From sequence record SRR9188677_110: a stretch of 33,995 nt of DNA. One strand, written 5' to 3'. Of this stretch, positions 18,475 to 26,624 are shown in pieces. The position numbers and the translations under genes are program-made. How positions within the stretch are numbered: position 1 is the first letter of the stretch; each line of letters begins with the position of its first letter. The notes under the pieces were generated by a model, which made no database searches, had not been told where the DNA came from, and was given only the letters and a program-made list of their open reading frames with translations.

Positions 18475-19923
18475 ATGAGCGGCATTAATCTTATTCCAAC
18501 AGAAAAAATAAAAGAACGTTTACGATATGAAAACCCTTGGTGGGTTAACAAACAAATACCGGAAATATATGGTACGATGGCCAAGCGACTATATTTTAAC
18601 TTGTTTTATCCGTTCGTAATTGAAAAAACTGTAAAAAGAGCATTGGTTCTTATGGGGCCAAGACGCGTTGGAAAAACTGTAATGCTATTTCACAGCATAC
18701 AACAATTATTAACTGAAAATGTAAATCCGCAAAAAATATTTTTCATTGGCATAGACAACCCTATTTATGTGCACTTAAGTTTAGAAGACATTTTAAGTTT
18801 GTGTAAGCAATCACTCAATCAAGACAATCTAAAAGGATGCTATGTTTTTTTTGACGAAATACAATACCTAAAAGATTGGGAACGCCACCTTAAAGTGTTA
18901 GTCGACTCCTTTCCTGAAACGAAATTTATTGTATCGGGTTCAGCAGCAGCAGCATTAAAATGGCATAGCACAGAAAGTGGCGCTGGTAGATTTACAGATT
19001 TCATGTTGCCTCCTCTTACCTTCCAGGAGTATATTCATTTAAAAGAAATGAACCATTTAGTATACGATGGAAAAATAAGCTACGGAGAAAATCAAATACC
19101 ATACTGTCTTCCACACGATATAAAAGTCTTAAATAAAGAGTTTGTACATTACTTAAACTTTGGTGGTTACCCCGAAGTTGTTTTAAGTGAAAAGATACAA
19201 AGTGATATGGGACGATACGTAAAAAACGACATTGTAGATAAAGTATTACTTAGAGATTTACCAAGTTTATATGGCATAAAAGACGTACAAGAGTTAAACC
19301 GATTTTTTACTTACATAGCTTATCATACTGGTAATGAATTTTCTTATGAAACAATGAGTAAAGAAAGCGGAATACAAAAAGATACTTTAAAAAAATACCT
19401 AGAGTATTTAGAGGCTGCATTTTTAATCAAAGTACTAAACAAAGTTGATGTAACCGCAAAACGATTAAAACGAGTAACCAGCTTCAAAGTGTATCTAACA
19501 AATCCATCATTGCGTACAGCATTATTTTCACCTATTAGTGAAACCGACAGTGAAATGGGGAATATGGTAGAAACAGCTGTTTTATCGCAATGGATGCATA
19601 GAGAAAAATTGGATTTAACCTATGCCCGATGGAAAGAAGGAAGAAATGAAGGTGAAGTTGATTTGGTGTTGGTTGATGATAAAAAATATAAACCTCAATG
19701 GGGGGTTGAGATCAAATGGAGTAATAGATATTTTGAAAAACCAAAAGAATTAAAAAGTTTAATACATTTTTGTAAGAGCAACAATTTTAAAAATGCTTTG
19801 GTCACATCGATAGATCAACTTGGAATAAAGCAAATAGAAGGTTTATTATTTTCATTTTTACCAGCTTCAATATATAGTTACAATATTGGCGACATCACAT
19901 TGAAAATGAAGAATCAAAATTAG
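18475..19923 (+). CDS. AAA_14 ATPase with DUF4143 / PD-(D/E)xK-like C-terminus
   Basis: ENPWW, Walker A GPRRVGKT, Walker B FFDEIQ, SGS, GGYPE, EVDLV...GVEIKW. Confidence 0.9.
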   Translation: MSGINLIPTEKIKERLRYENPWWVNKQIPEIYGTMAKRLYFNLFYPFVIEKTVKRALVLMGPRRVGKTVMLFHSIQQLLTENVNPQKIFFIGIDNPIYVHLSLEDILSLCKQSLNQDNLKGCYVFFDEIQYLKDWERHLKVLVDSFPETKFIVSGSAAAALKWHSTESGAGRFTDFMLPPLTFQEYIHLKEMNHLVYDGKISYGENQIPYCLPHDIKVLNKEFVHYLNFGGYPEVVLSEKIQSDMGRYVKNDIVDKVLLRDLPSLYGIKDVQELNRFFTYIAYHTGNEFSYETMSKESGIQKDTLKKYLEYLEAAFLIKVLNKVDVTAKRLKRVTSFKVYLTNPSLRTALFSPISETDSEMGNMVETAVLSQWMHREKLDLTYARWKEGRNEGEVDLVLVDDKKYKPQWGVEIKWSNRYFEKPKELKSLIHFCKSNNFKNALVTSIDQLGIKQIEGLLFSFLPASIYSYNIGDITLKMKNQN

Positions 19924-20147
19924 AATAGGTAAAAAATGAACATACTATACGGATTCTATATTGAACACAGAAGGGCAGAATTTGGATATTTATACATTTA
20001 AAAAACTTTATAGATCATTGGAAATTAGTGCTTTAAGCCTACTTCACCAGTACCAAACCACTGGTAGCAACCTTAAAAAATAAAAAAACACGTTTAAAAA
20101 CAATAATTGCTATCCTTGCCAGTTATATCATTTAGAGAAAATTAAAA

Positions 20148-20270
20148 ATGAACCGCCAAAAAAAAGAAAAACTTAAAATGTGGGCTAAAAAGCTTGGCTT
20201 TTGGGGCTTTGTTTTCTTTTTAGCTAAAGGATTGGTATGGTTGGCAATAGGATACTTTATTGTTAAATAG
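20148..20270 (+). CDS. 40-aa small membrane protein (not in the ORF track)
   Basis: Manual translation MNRQKKEKLKMWAKKLGFWGFVFFLAKGLVWLAIGYFIVK*: basic N-terminus plus a GxxGFxFFLxKGLxW hydrophobic helix. Confidence 0.7.
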   Translation: MNRQKKEKLKMWAKKLGFWGFVFFLAKGLVWLAIGYFIVK

Positions 20271-20312
20271 GCAACTGTGCAACTTGAGTTTTTCGCACAG
20301 TTCTTCGTTTAT

Positions 20313-20390
20313 AAACCCGATTTAGTGGAAATACTTTTACCATTCCCTTTTAGGGGATTTAGGGTAAAAGATTGTAACGAGAGCGGGACT
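20313..20390 (+). repeat. Flavo-1-like structured repeat / RNA motif, copy 1
   Basis: aaacccgatttagtggaaata-[cttttacc...ggtaaaag hairpin]-attgtaacgagagcgggact. Shares its flanks with the 24014-24084 copy. Family name from recall. Confidence 0.5.
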
Positions 20391-20464
20391 ACACGAACCG
20401 ACAAGCAATGACGCAAATTTTCAAATCAATCCCAGCTTTGCTCCTTATTCTTTACTCTTTCGGT

Positions 20465-20514
20465 TTTAGCCTTTAAGCTTTAAGCCTTAGCCTTTCAGCT
20501 TTAATCTTTAAGCT
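20465..20514. repeat. Degenerate heptamer tandem repeat (ctttaag-like) just after the proline dehydrogenase stop
   Basis: tttagcctttaagctttaagccttagcctttcagctttaatctttaagct. Confidence 0.6.
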
Positions 20515-20519
20515 CAAAA

Positions 20520-21704
20520 CTATAGTTTCCTTCTCGCCTTCTCTTTACTAATCAAACCCAACTCTCTGCCAGTTTGGCCAGCTACAGAGGTATTTTCTTG
20601 TGCTCGTCTAAATAAATAAGGCATTACGGCTTTTATCGGTCCATAAGGCACGTATTTAGCCACATTGTAACCAGCATCAGATAAATTAAAGCTTAAATTA
20701 TCGCTCATGCCTAGTAATTGTGCAAAGTAAACATGGGGATGGTTATGAGGGATATTATGCTCGTCAATTAATTGGGTAAGTAAACGGCTGCTTTCTTCAT
20801 TATGCGTTCCGCAAACAATGCCAATCTGGTCGATATGCTGCACACAGAAACGTAACGATTCATCATAATCATCATCCGTTGCCGCCTTATCTGGTTGTAT
20901 TGGTGATGGATAACCCATTTCTATAGCACGTTTACGCTCTTTTTCCATGTACGCACCACGAACCATTTTCACACCCAATATAAAACCAGTTTCTTTCGCA
21001 ATCAAATAATCAGCCTTTAAATCGGCCAGTTTATCGTGCCTGTACATTTGGTAAGTATTGTAAACGATGAGTTTTTCTTTGTTAAACTCTGTCATCATTT
21101 CCAAAGCCAAAGCATCAATAGTATCTTGTATCCAAGTTTCCTCCGCATCAATCATTACAGGCACACTTTTATCAAAAGCAGTTTGGCAAATTTTTAGACA
21201 ACGTCTTTTAACCCTTTCAAACTCCTCAGTTTCTGTGGCCGTCAATGCTTGTTTGGCATCCAATTTTTCCAAAAGCCCAAATCGGCCTATGCCGGTTACC
21301 TTAAATACGGTTATAGGTATACGCGGATCACCATCTGCCCTATCAATTGTTCTAATGATCTCTTCACAAGTAAAATCAAATACGGTTTCCTCTTCTTCGC
21401 CCTCTACAGAATAATCTAAAATGGTACCTACCTTACCATCATGCAATTGCGCTATCGTGCGCTCACATTCGGCAATAGTTTCGCCGCCACAAAATTGCTT
21501 AAAAATAGTAGCCTTTATTGCGCCTTGAATGGGAAAACCAACGTTTAATAAGAAATTGGTAATAGGCGGACCAACTTGGGTTAAAAAGTTACTGCTGATA
21601 ATTTTAAACAACCAATAAGCTTTGTTTAGTTCGGCATTGGTTTTATTACGAAAAGCGATTTCAGTATTGTCAAAATTGATATTTTTTCTGGGCGAAAGTT
21701 CCAT
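20520..21704 (-). CDS. Monofunctional proline dehydrogenase
   Basis: FCGGET, MIDAEETW, GVKMVRGAYMEKE, GTHNEES, FAQLLGMSD, KYVPYGP..YLFRRAQEN. Confidence 0.93.
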   Translation of the reverse strand: MELSPRKNINFDNTEIAFRNKTNAELNKAYWLFKIISSNFLTQVGPPITNFLLNVGFPIQGAIKATIFKQFCGGETIAECERTIAQLHDGKVGTILDYSVEGEEEETVFDFTCEEIIRTIDRADGDPRIPITVFKVTGIGRFGLLEKLDAKQALTATETEEFERVKRRCLKICQTAFDKSVPVMIDAEETWIQDTIDALALEMMTEFNKEKLIVYNTYQMYRHDKLADLKADYLIAKETGFILGVKMVRGAYMEKERKRAIEMGYPSPIQPDKAATDDDYDESLRFCVQHIDQIGIVCGTHNEESSRLLTQLIDEHNIPHNHPHVYFAQLLGMSDNLSFNLSDAGYNVAKYVPYGPIKAVMPYLFRRAQENTSVAGQTGRELGLISKEKARRKL

Positions 21705-21799
21705 TTTAAGGGATTAATTTGGTCAGTAAAGTGCAAAAATATAAATAACAACGGGCTTAAAGCAAAACACTTTGTATTTTATTGTAAATTTGCACCAAG

Positions 21800-22006
21800 A
21801 TGATAAAATTCAAACTTGAAGGCGAATTTATTCCGCTAATTGCACTCCTTAAAGCAACTGCTTTAGTACAAAGTGGCGGCGAAGCGCAAACTGTAGTAGA
21901 AGAAGGCCTAGTGAAATACAATGGCGAAATAGACTACCGTAAACGTTTAAAGGTACGTGCTGGCGATAAAATAGATTTTATGGGTAAAATAATTGAAGTA
22001 ATTTAA
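21800..22006 (+). CDS. S4-domain RNA-binding protein (YbcJ/YaaA-like)
   Basis: EFIPLIALLKA..SGGEAQ..V.YNGEIDYRKRLKVRAGD; TAAATTTG box at 21785-21792. Confidence 0.9.
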   Translation: MIKFKLEGEFIPLIALLKATALVQSGGEAQTVVEEGLVKYNGEIDYRKRLKVRAGDKIDFMGKIIEVI

Positions 22007-23061
22007 TGGAACCTATACAAAACGATGGTCATGCTGTTTATTTCGAAACTGGCCTAAAGCCGTTAATAGACTTATTAGCCAATAAAAATTACAGCAAAGT
22101 TTTTGTGTTTGCAGATACAAATACCGCCGAGCTTTGCCTTCCTGTTTTTCGCTCGCTGTTAGATTTAGAGAATTTTGATATCATTGAGACAGACCCTGGA
22201 GAAGAAAATAAAAATATTGATTTCTGTATTGGCATTTGGAAAACCTTATTAGATTTTGGTGCCGACCGCAAATGCGTAATGATTAATTTAGGTGGCGGTG
22301 TAATTACCGATATGGGTGGCTTTGTAGCCTCTACCTATAAAAGAGGCATCGATTTCATTAATATTCCCACTACATTGCTAGCACAGGTTGATGCCTCTGT
22401 TGGCGGCAAAACAGGTATCGACATTGATAATGTTAAAAACATGATAGGTACGTTTAGCATGCCTCAAGCTGTTTTTATCGAAAATACTTTTTTAAGTACG
22501 CTTTCAAAAAGAGAATTGTTATCTGGCTTTGCCGAAATGATCAAACATGGTTTAATTGCTGATGCGGCATATTACCAAAGGCTTAAATCCAGCAATTATG
22601 AAGCTTTAACACCTCAAGAAATTTACCGCTCGGTACAAATTAAGCAACAAGTAGTAAGCGAAGATCCTCTAGAAAAAGGCCTACGTAAAATACTAAACTT
22701 TGGGCACACCATTGGCCACGCTGTAGAAAGCTACTCGCTAAGCAAAGATAAAAAGCCATTAACACATGGAGAGGCTATTGCCATCGGGATGATTTGCGAA
22801 GGCTATCTATCTGCCAAATACTGTAACCTAACCGCAACAGAATTAGCAGATATGGCTACATACATTAAAGGTATCTATCCTAAATATAACATTAAAGAAA
22901 AAAGCTTTAGCACTTTACTTAGCCTAATGCAAAGCGATAAAAAGAATGAAGAAGGGTATATCTTGTTTTCTTTGTTAGAAAAAATTGGTCATTGCATTTT
23001 TAACTGCAAAGTTACCGATCAAGATATTGTAGAGAGTTTGATTTACTATAATAATTTATAA
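22006..23061 (+). CDS. aroB: 3-dehydroquinate synthase
   Basis: LGGGVITDMGGF, PTTLLAQVDASVGGKTG, LNFGHTIGHAVE, HGEAIAIGM, DKK. Confidence 0.97.
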   Translation: MEPIQNDGHAVYFETGLKPLIDLLANKNYSKVFVFADTNTAELCLPVFRSLLDLENFDIIETDPGEENKNIDFCIGIWKTLLDFGADRKCVMINLGGGVITDMGGFVASTYKRGIDFINIPTTLLAQVDASVGGKTGIDIDNVKNMIGTFSMPQAVFIENTFLSTLSKRELLSGFAEMIKHGLIADAAYYQRLKSSNYEALTPQEIYRSVQIKQQVVSEDPLEKGLRKILNFGHTIGHAVESYSLSKDKKPLTHGEAIAIGMICEGYLSAKYCNLTATELADMATYIKGIYPKYNIKEKSFSTLLSLMQSDKKNEEGYILFSLLEKIGHCIFNCKVTDQDIVESLIYYNNL

Positions 23062-23062
23062 A

Positions 23063-23974
23063 ATGAAATATACCGGAAGCGATATTTCTGTGGCTGGCCT
23101 TTTTGGTTTCGTAATTGTGTTAACCTTGGTAGAAATGTACATCAGTTACGTACACGATAAGAAAATTTACACCAAACGCGATACCTGGACCAATATATAC
23201 TTGATGACAGTTGCCGTGGTAATTAACTTAACCATGAAAACTGCCACCTTTTTCTTGTTAGATTATTGCTATCAATTTAGGTTATTTCAAATTCAAAATA
23301 TTTGGTTGTATTGGTTGGTGCTTATTTTAGCGCAAGATTTTTTATATTGGTTTTTACATACCGTAGGCCATTATGTACGCTTTTTTTGGGCCATGCACGT
23401 TACCCACCACTCTTCAGAACATTTTAATTTAACAACTGGCTTCCGCTCAACAGTTTTCGAACCTTTATACCGTGTGTTTTTTTATTTGCCATTGGCCTTT
23501 ATGGGCTTTACCGCAATGGATATCCTTTTTGCCTATTTGGTTACACAAATTTATGGCAACTTGGTACATACCCAAGCAGTGGGTAAATTGCACCCTTGGT
23601 TCGAATATATTTTTGTAACGCCATCTCATCACCGTGTACACCACGCCAGCAATGTGCGTTATTTAGACAAAAATATGGGCATGGTGCTTATTCTATGGGA
23701 TAGATGGTTTGGTACATTTCAAGAAGAACTTCCCGAAGACAGCATTAAATATGGCTTAACCACCCAACCAAAAGATACTGGTCCGGTAAATATTATTTTC
23801 CATGAGTTTATTGCGCTTAAAAACGATGTAAAAAAAGCACCAACTTTTATGGACAAGGTAAAATATATCTTAAACCCACCTGGATGGAGCCATGACGGCA
23901 GTACAAAAATTGCGAAAATAATGCAGCAAGAATTAAAAGCAGCTGAGCAAGAAGCTAAATCTAAATCTGCTTAA
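23063..23974 (+). CDS. Sterol desaturase / fatty-acid hydroxylase family protein
   Basis: His boxes HTVGH, HVTHHS, HHRVHH; NMGMVLILWDRWFGTF; several TM helices. Confidence 0.9.
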   Translation: MKYTGSDISVAGLFGFVIVLTLVEMYISYVHDKKIYTKRDTWTNIYLMTVAVVINLTMKTATFFLLDYCYQFRLFQIQNIWLYWLVLILAQDFLYWFLHTVGHYVRFFWAMHVTHHSSEHFNLTTGFRSTVFEPLYRVFFYLPLAFMGFTAMDILFAYLVTQIYGNLVHTQAVGKLHPWFEYIFVTPSHHRVHHASNVRYLDKNMGMVLILWDRWFGTFQEELPEDSIKYGLTTQPKDTGPVNIIFHEFIALKNDVKKAPTFMDKVKYILNPPGWSHDGSTKIAKIMQQELKAAEQEAKSKSA

Positions 23975-24013
23975 TTTTTAGCAAACGAATGGAATAAAGC
24001 TTTTGGCTAAATC

Positions 24014-24084
24014 AGCCCTGCTTTACATTTCAAGTCCTCTCCCGAGAAAATCGGGATTGCGGGCTTTCCATTTCAATCAGGTTT
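24014..24084 (-). repeat. Flavo-1-like structured repeat / RNA motif, copy 2
   Basis: Reverse complement aaacctgattgaaatggaaagcc-[tcccga..tcggga hairpin]-ggacttgaaatgtaaagcagggct; same architecture as 20313-20390. Confidence 0.5.
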
Positions 24085-24263
24085 AAATTACAAAGGTAGT
24101 GTTTCATGGGGCAAATCCATTAAGCAAAAAAGGTAGACTTTGAAATGCAAAATATCTATCCTATCAACAAATGAACTGTTTCCCGAAACAGACTTTAAGC
24201 AACAAAATTTAATTTTGATAAAATTATTTTCAATTTACTATTGACAAATTAAATTCGGAAGTG

Positions 24264-24271
24264 TACATTTG
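24264..24271 (+). promoter_or_regulatory. Bacteroidetes -7 promoter box (TACATTTG) of the pheA-aro operon
   Basis: Matches TAnnTTTG 14 bp before the leader-peptide ATG; TTG at ~24241. Confidence 0.7.
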
Positions 24272-24285
24272 ACACCAAGAAAAAA

Positions 24286-24348
24286 ATGAGATTAACAACT
24301 ACATATTGGTTTGGCTACTTTTACTACTTTAGTAAGAGCCGGGACTAG
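24286..24348 (+). CDS. Attenuator leader peptide MRLTTTYWFGYFYYFSKSRD
   Basis: 20-aa ORF with 8 aromatic codons in a 9-codon run (4 Tyr, 3 Phe, 1 Trp) directly upstream of the aromatic biosynthesis operon. Confidence 0.88.
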   Translation: MRLTTTYWFGYFYYFSKSRD

Positions 24349-24418
24349 TATGCAAAAAGATAGATAAAAATATTAAATGTATATCAAAAAGTCCCGGCCA
24401 TAAGCTGGGACTTTTTTT
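24338..24418 (+). terminator. Attenuator terminator / antiterminator
   Basis: Terminator gtcccggc (24391-24398) / gctgggac (24404-24411) + T7. Antiterminator arm gccgggact (24338-24346) is the exact complement of agtcccggc (24390-24398). Confidence 0.88.
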
Positions 24419-24436
24419 GTTTAACGCTTACCCACT

Positions 24437-25273
24437 ATGAAAACAAAAAAACCAAGAGTAGCTATCCAAGGTATTAAAGCATCATTTCATGAAGAAGCTG
24501 CTTTTAAATATTTTGGTAGAGATATTGATACTATTGAATGTAACTCATTTAAACAAACCTGTGATGTGCTAGAAAACGAGCAGGCAGATTTCGTTATCAT
24601 GGCTATCGAAAATTCTATTGCAGGCAGCCTATTACCTAATTACACTCTCATTAGAGATTATAATTTCGCCATAAATGGCGAAGTTTATTTACCTATCCAG
24701 TTACATTTAATGGCTTTACCTGGAGTAAAATTTGACGACATTAAATTTGCCACCTCCCATCCTATTGCAATTAGACAATGTGTTGATTTTTTTGACGACT
24801 ACCCAAACATACAGGTGATAGAAAGCAGCGATACCGCAGCTTGTGCAAAAAAAATTCGCGATGAACAATTAACCGATACCGTAGCTATTGCAAATACCTT
24901 GGCCGCCGAACTATATAGCTTAAATATCATCGAGCGCAGAATAGAATCAAACAAAAAGAATTACACCCGTTTTTTAATTCTACAAAAAGAAAAAAACGAA
25001 GACAATAAAAAAATCAATAAAGCCTCTATCTGTTTTCAGGTTGGTAATCATGTTGGTGCACTTTCTAAAGTACTTCACATCTTCGCAGAGCTTAATGTAA
25101 ACTTAACCAAAATACAATCAATGCCTGTACTAGGTAAAAGAAATGAGTATTACTTTTATGTAGATATGGAGTGGAAAGACATCGAAAATTATGATACTGC
25201 CATCCGTAAAGCATTAAAATATACCGTTAACTTTAACATCATGGGCGAATACGAGAAAAACGACAAAGTATAA
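24437..25273 (+). CDS. pheA: Prephenate dehydratase (PDT + ACT domains)
   Basis: VAIQGIKASFHEEAA, AIENSIAGS, SHPIAIRQC, NYTRFLIL, NLTKIQSMP. Confidence 0.95.
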   Translation: MKTKKPRVAIQGIKASFHEEAAFKYFGRDIDTIECNSFKQTCDVLENEQADFVIMAIENSIAGSLLPNYTLIRDYNFAINGEVYLPIQLHLMALPGVKFDDIKFATSHPIAIRQCVDFFDDYPNIQVIESSDTAACAKKIRDEQLTDTVAIANTLAAELYSLNIIERRIESNKKNYTRFLILQKEKNEDNKKINKASICFQVGNHVGALSKVLHIFAELNVNLTKIQSMPVLGKRNEYYFYVDMEWKDIENYDTAIRKALKYTVNFNIMGEYEKNDKV

Positions 25274-25335
25274 ATCCAACAAATTACATCAAATCATATT
25301 ACACAAAAAGAACACTCAACTTAATTTCTAATAAC

Positions 25336-26472
25336 ATGAAACTACATTTAAACATCCAACCATTAAACAGCTGGATTAACGTTAAAAACGAACCGCTAAT
25401 TATTTCTGGTCCTTGCAGTGCAGAAACCGAAGATCAACTTTTATCTACAGCACATTTATTAGCCGCAACTGGCAAAGTAAGCGTACTTAGAGCTGGTATT
25501 TGGAAACCACGTACACGCCCAGGAGAATTTGAAGGAATTGGAAGTATTGGTTTAGAGTGGTTAAAACGTGCTAAAGCAGAAACCGGCTTGCCAACTGCGG
25601 TAGAAGTTGCAAATGCAAAACACGTTGAAGAAGCTTTAGCTGCTGGTGTAGATATTTTATGGATTGGTGCTCGCTCTACAGTAAATCCGTTTACCGTACA
25701 AGAAATTGCCGATGCTTTGCAAGGTGTAGATATCCCTGTTTTGGTAAAAAACCCAGTTAACCCTGATTTACAGTTATGGATTGGCGCATTAGAACGTATT
25801 AACAAAGCAGGAATCACAAAGTTAGGTGCTATCCACCGTGGGTTTTCATCTTTCGAAAAAAGTGCTTTCCGTAACGAACCAATGTGGGAACTTGCTATCC
25901 AATTGAAAACACTTTGCCCAGAATTACCAATCATTAACGATCCAAGTCATATTTGCGGCAACAGAGAATTGCTTCCATACATTGCGCAAAAAGCTTTAGA
26001 TTTAGATATGCAAGGATTGATGATCGAATCTCACTTAGATCCATCTATTGCTTGGACAGATGCTAAACAGCAAGTAACACCTGCGGCACTTTCAGAAATG
26101 ATCAGCAAATTCACCTTGCGTAAACCAGAATCTAAAAACGAAGAGTTTGCTGATAAACTGGCTGATTTAAGAAAGGAAATTGATAAAATTGATGATCTTG
26201 TATTACAGAAATTAGCCGAAAGAATGAGCATTACCCAAAAAATTGGTGAGTTTAAAAGAGATAATAAAGTAACCATTTTGCAGGTAAACCGTTGGGATGA
26301 AATTATGCAGAAACGTACCGCCTTTGCAAAAGCATTAAAATTAGACGTTAACTTTACGGAGAAATTTTTGGAATTGGTACACGGCGAATCTATCCGCAGA
26401 CAAACAGAAATTATGAATGCAGGCAAAGCCGAAAAAGGAATTGCTGCAGAAGCACATGCTGATGCGAAATAA
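25336..26472 (+). CDS. Bifunctional DAHP synthase (type I-beta) / chorismate mutase type II
   Basis: ISGPCSAE, RAGIWKPRTRPG, WIGARS, HRGF, DPSH; C-terminal AroQ domain LRKEIDKIDD...QVNRWDE. Confidence 0.95.
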   Translation: MKLHLNIQPLNSWINVKNEPLIISGPCSAETEDQLLSTAHLLAATGKVSVLRAGIWKPRTRPGEFEGIGSIGLEWLKRAKAETGLPTAVEVANAKHVEEALAAGVDILWIGARSTVNPFTVQEIADALQGVDIPVLVKNPVNPDLQLWIGALERINKAGITKLGAIHRGFSSFEKSAFRNEPMWELAIQLKTLCPELPIINDPSHICGNRELLPYIAQKALDLDMQGLMIESHLDPSIAWTDAKQQVTPAALSEMISKFTLRKPESKNEEFADKLADLRKEIDKIDDLVLQKLAERMSITQKIGEFKRDNKVTILQVNRWDEIMQKRTAFAKALKLDVNFTEKFLELVHGESIRRQTEIMNAGKAEKGIAAEAHADAK

Positions 26473-26485
26473 ATTTGGATCATTA

Positions 26486-26618
26486 GTTCATTTGTTCATT
26501 GCTATTTTGCTATAAACGTTTTGAACTAATCAAATAAAGTAAGATAAAATAGTTTAGGTTAATTATTTCATGGCGATTTCGACCATTGGACTAATGAACA
26601 AATGAACAATTGAACTAA
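26486..26618. repeat. Inverted pair of short tandem repeats (aatgaaca units)
   Basis: gttcatttgttcatt (26486-26500) is the exact reverse complement of aatgaacaaatgaac (26593-26607). Confidence 0.65.
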
Positions 26619-26624
26619 AAAAAC

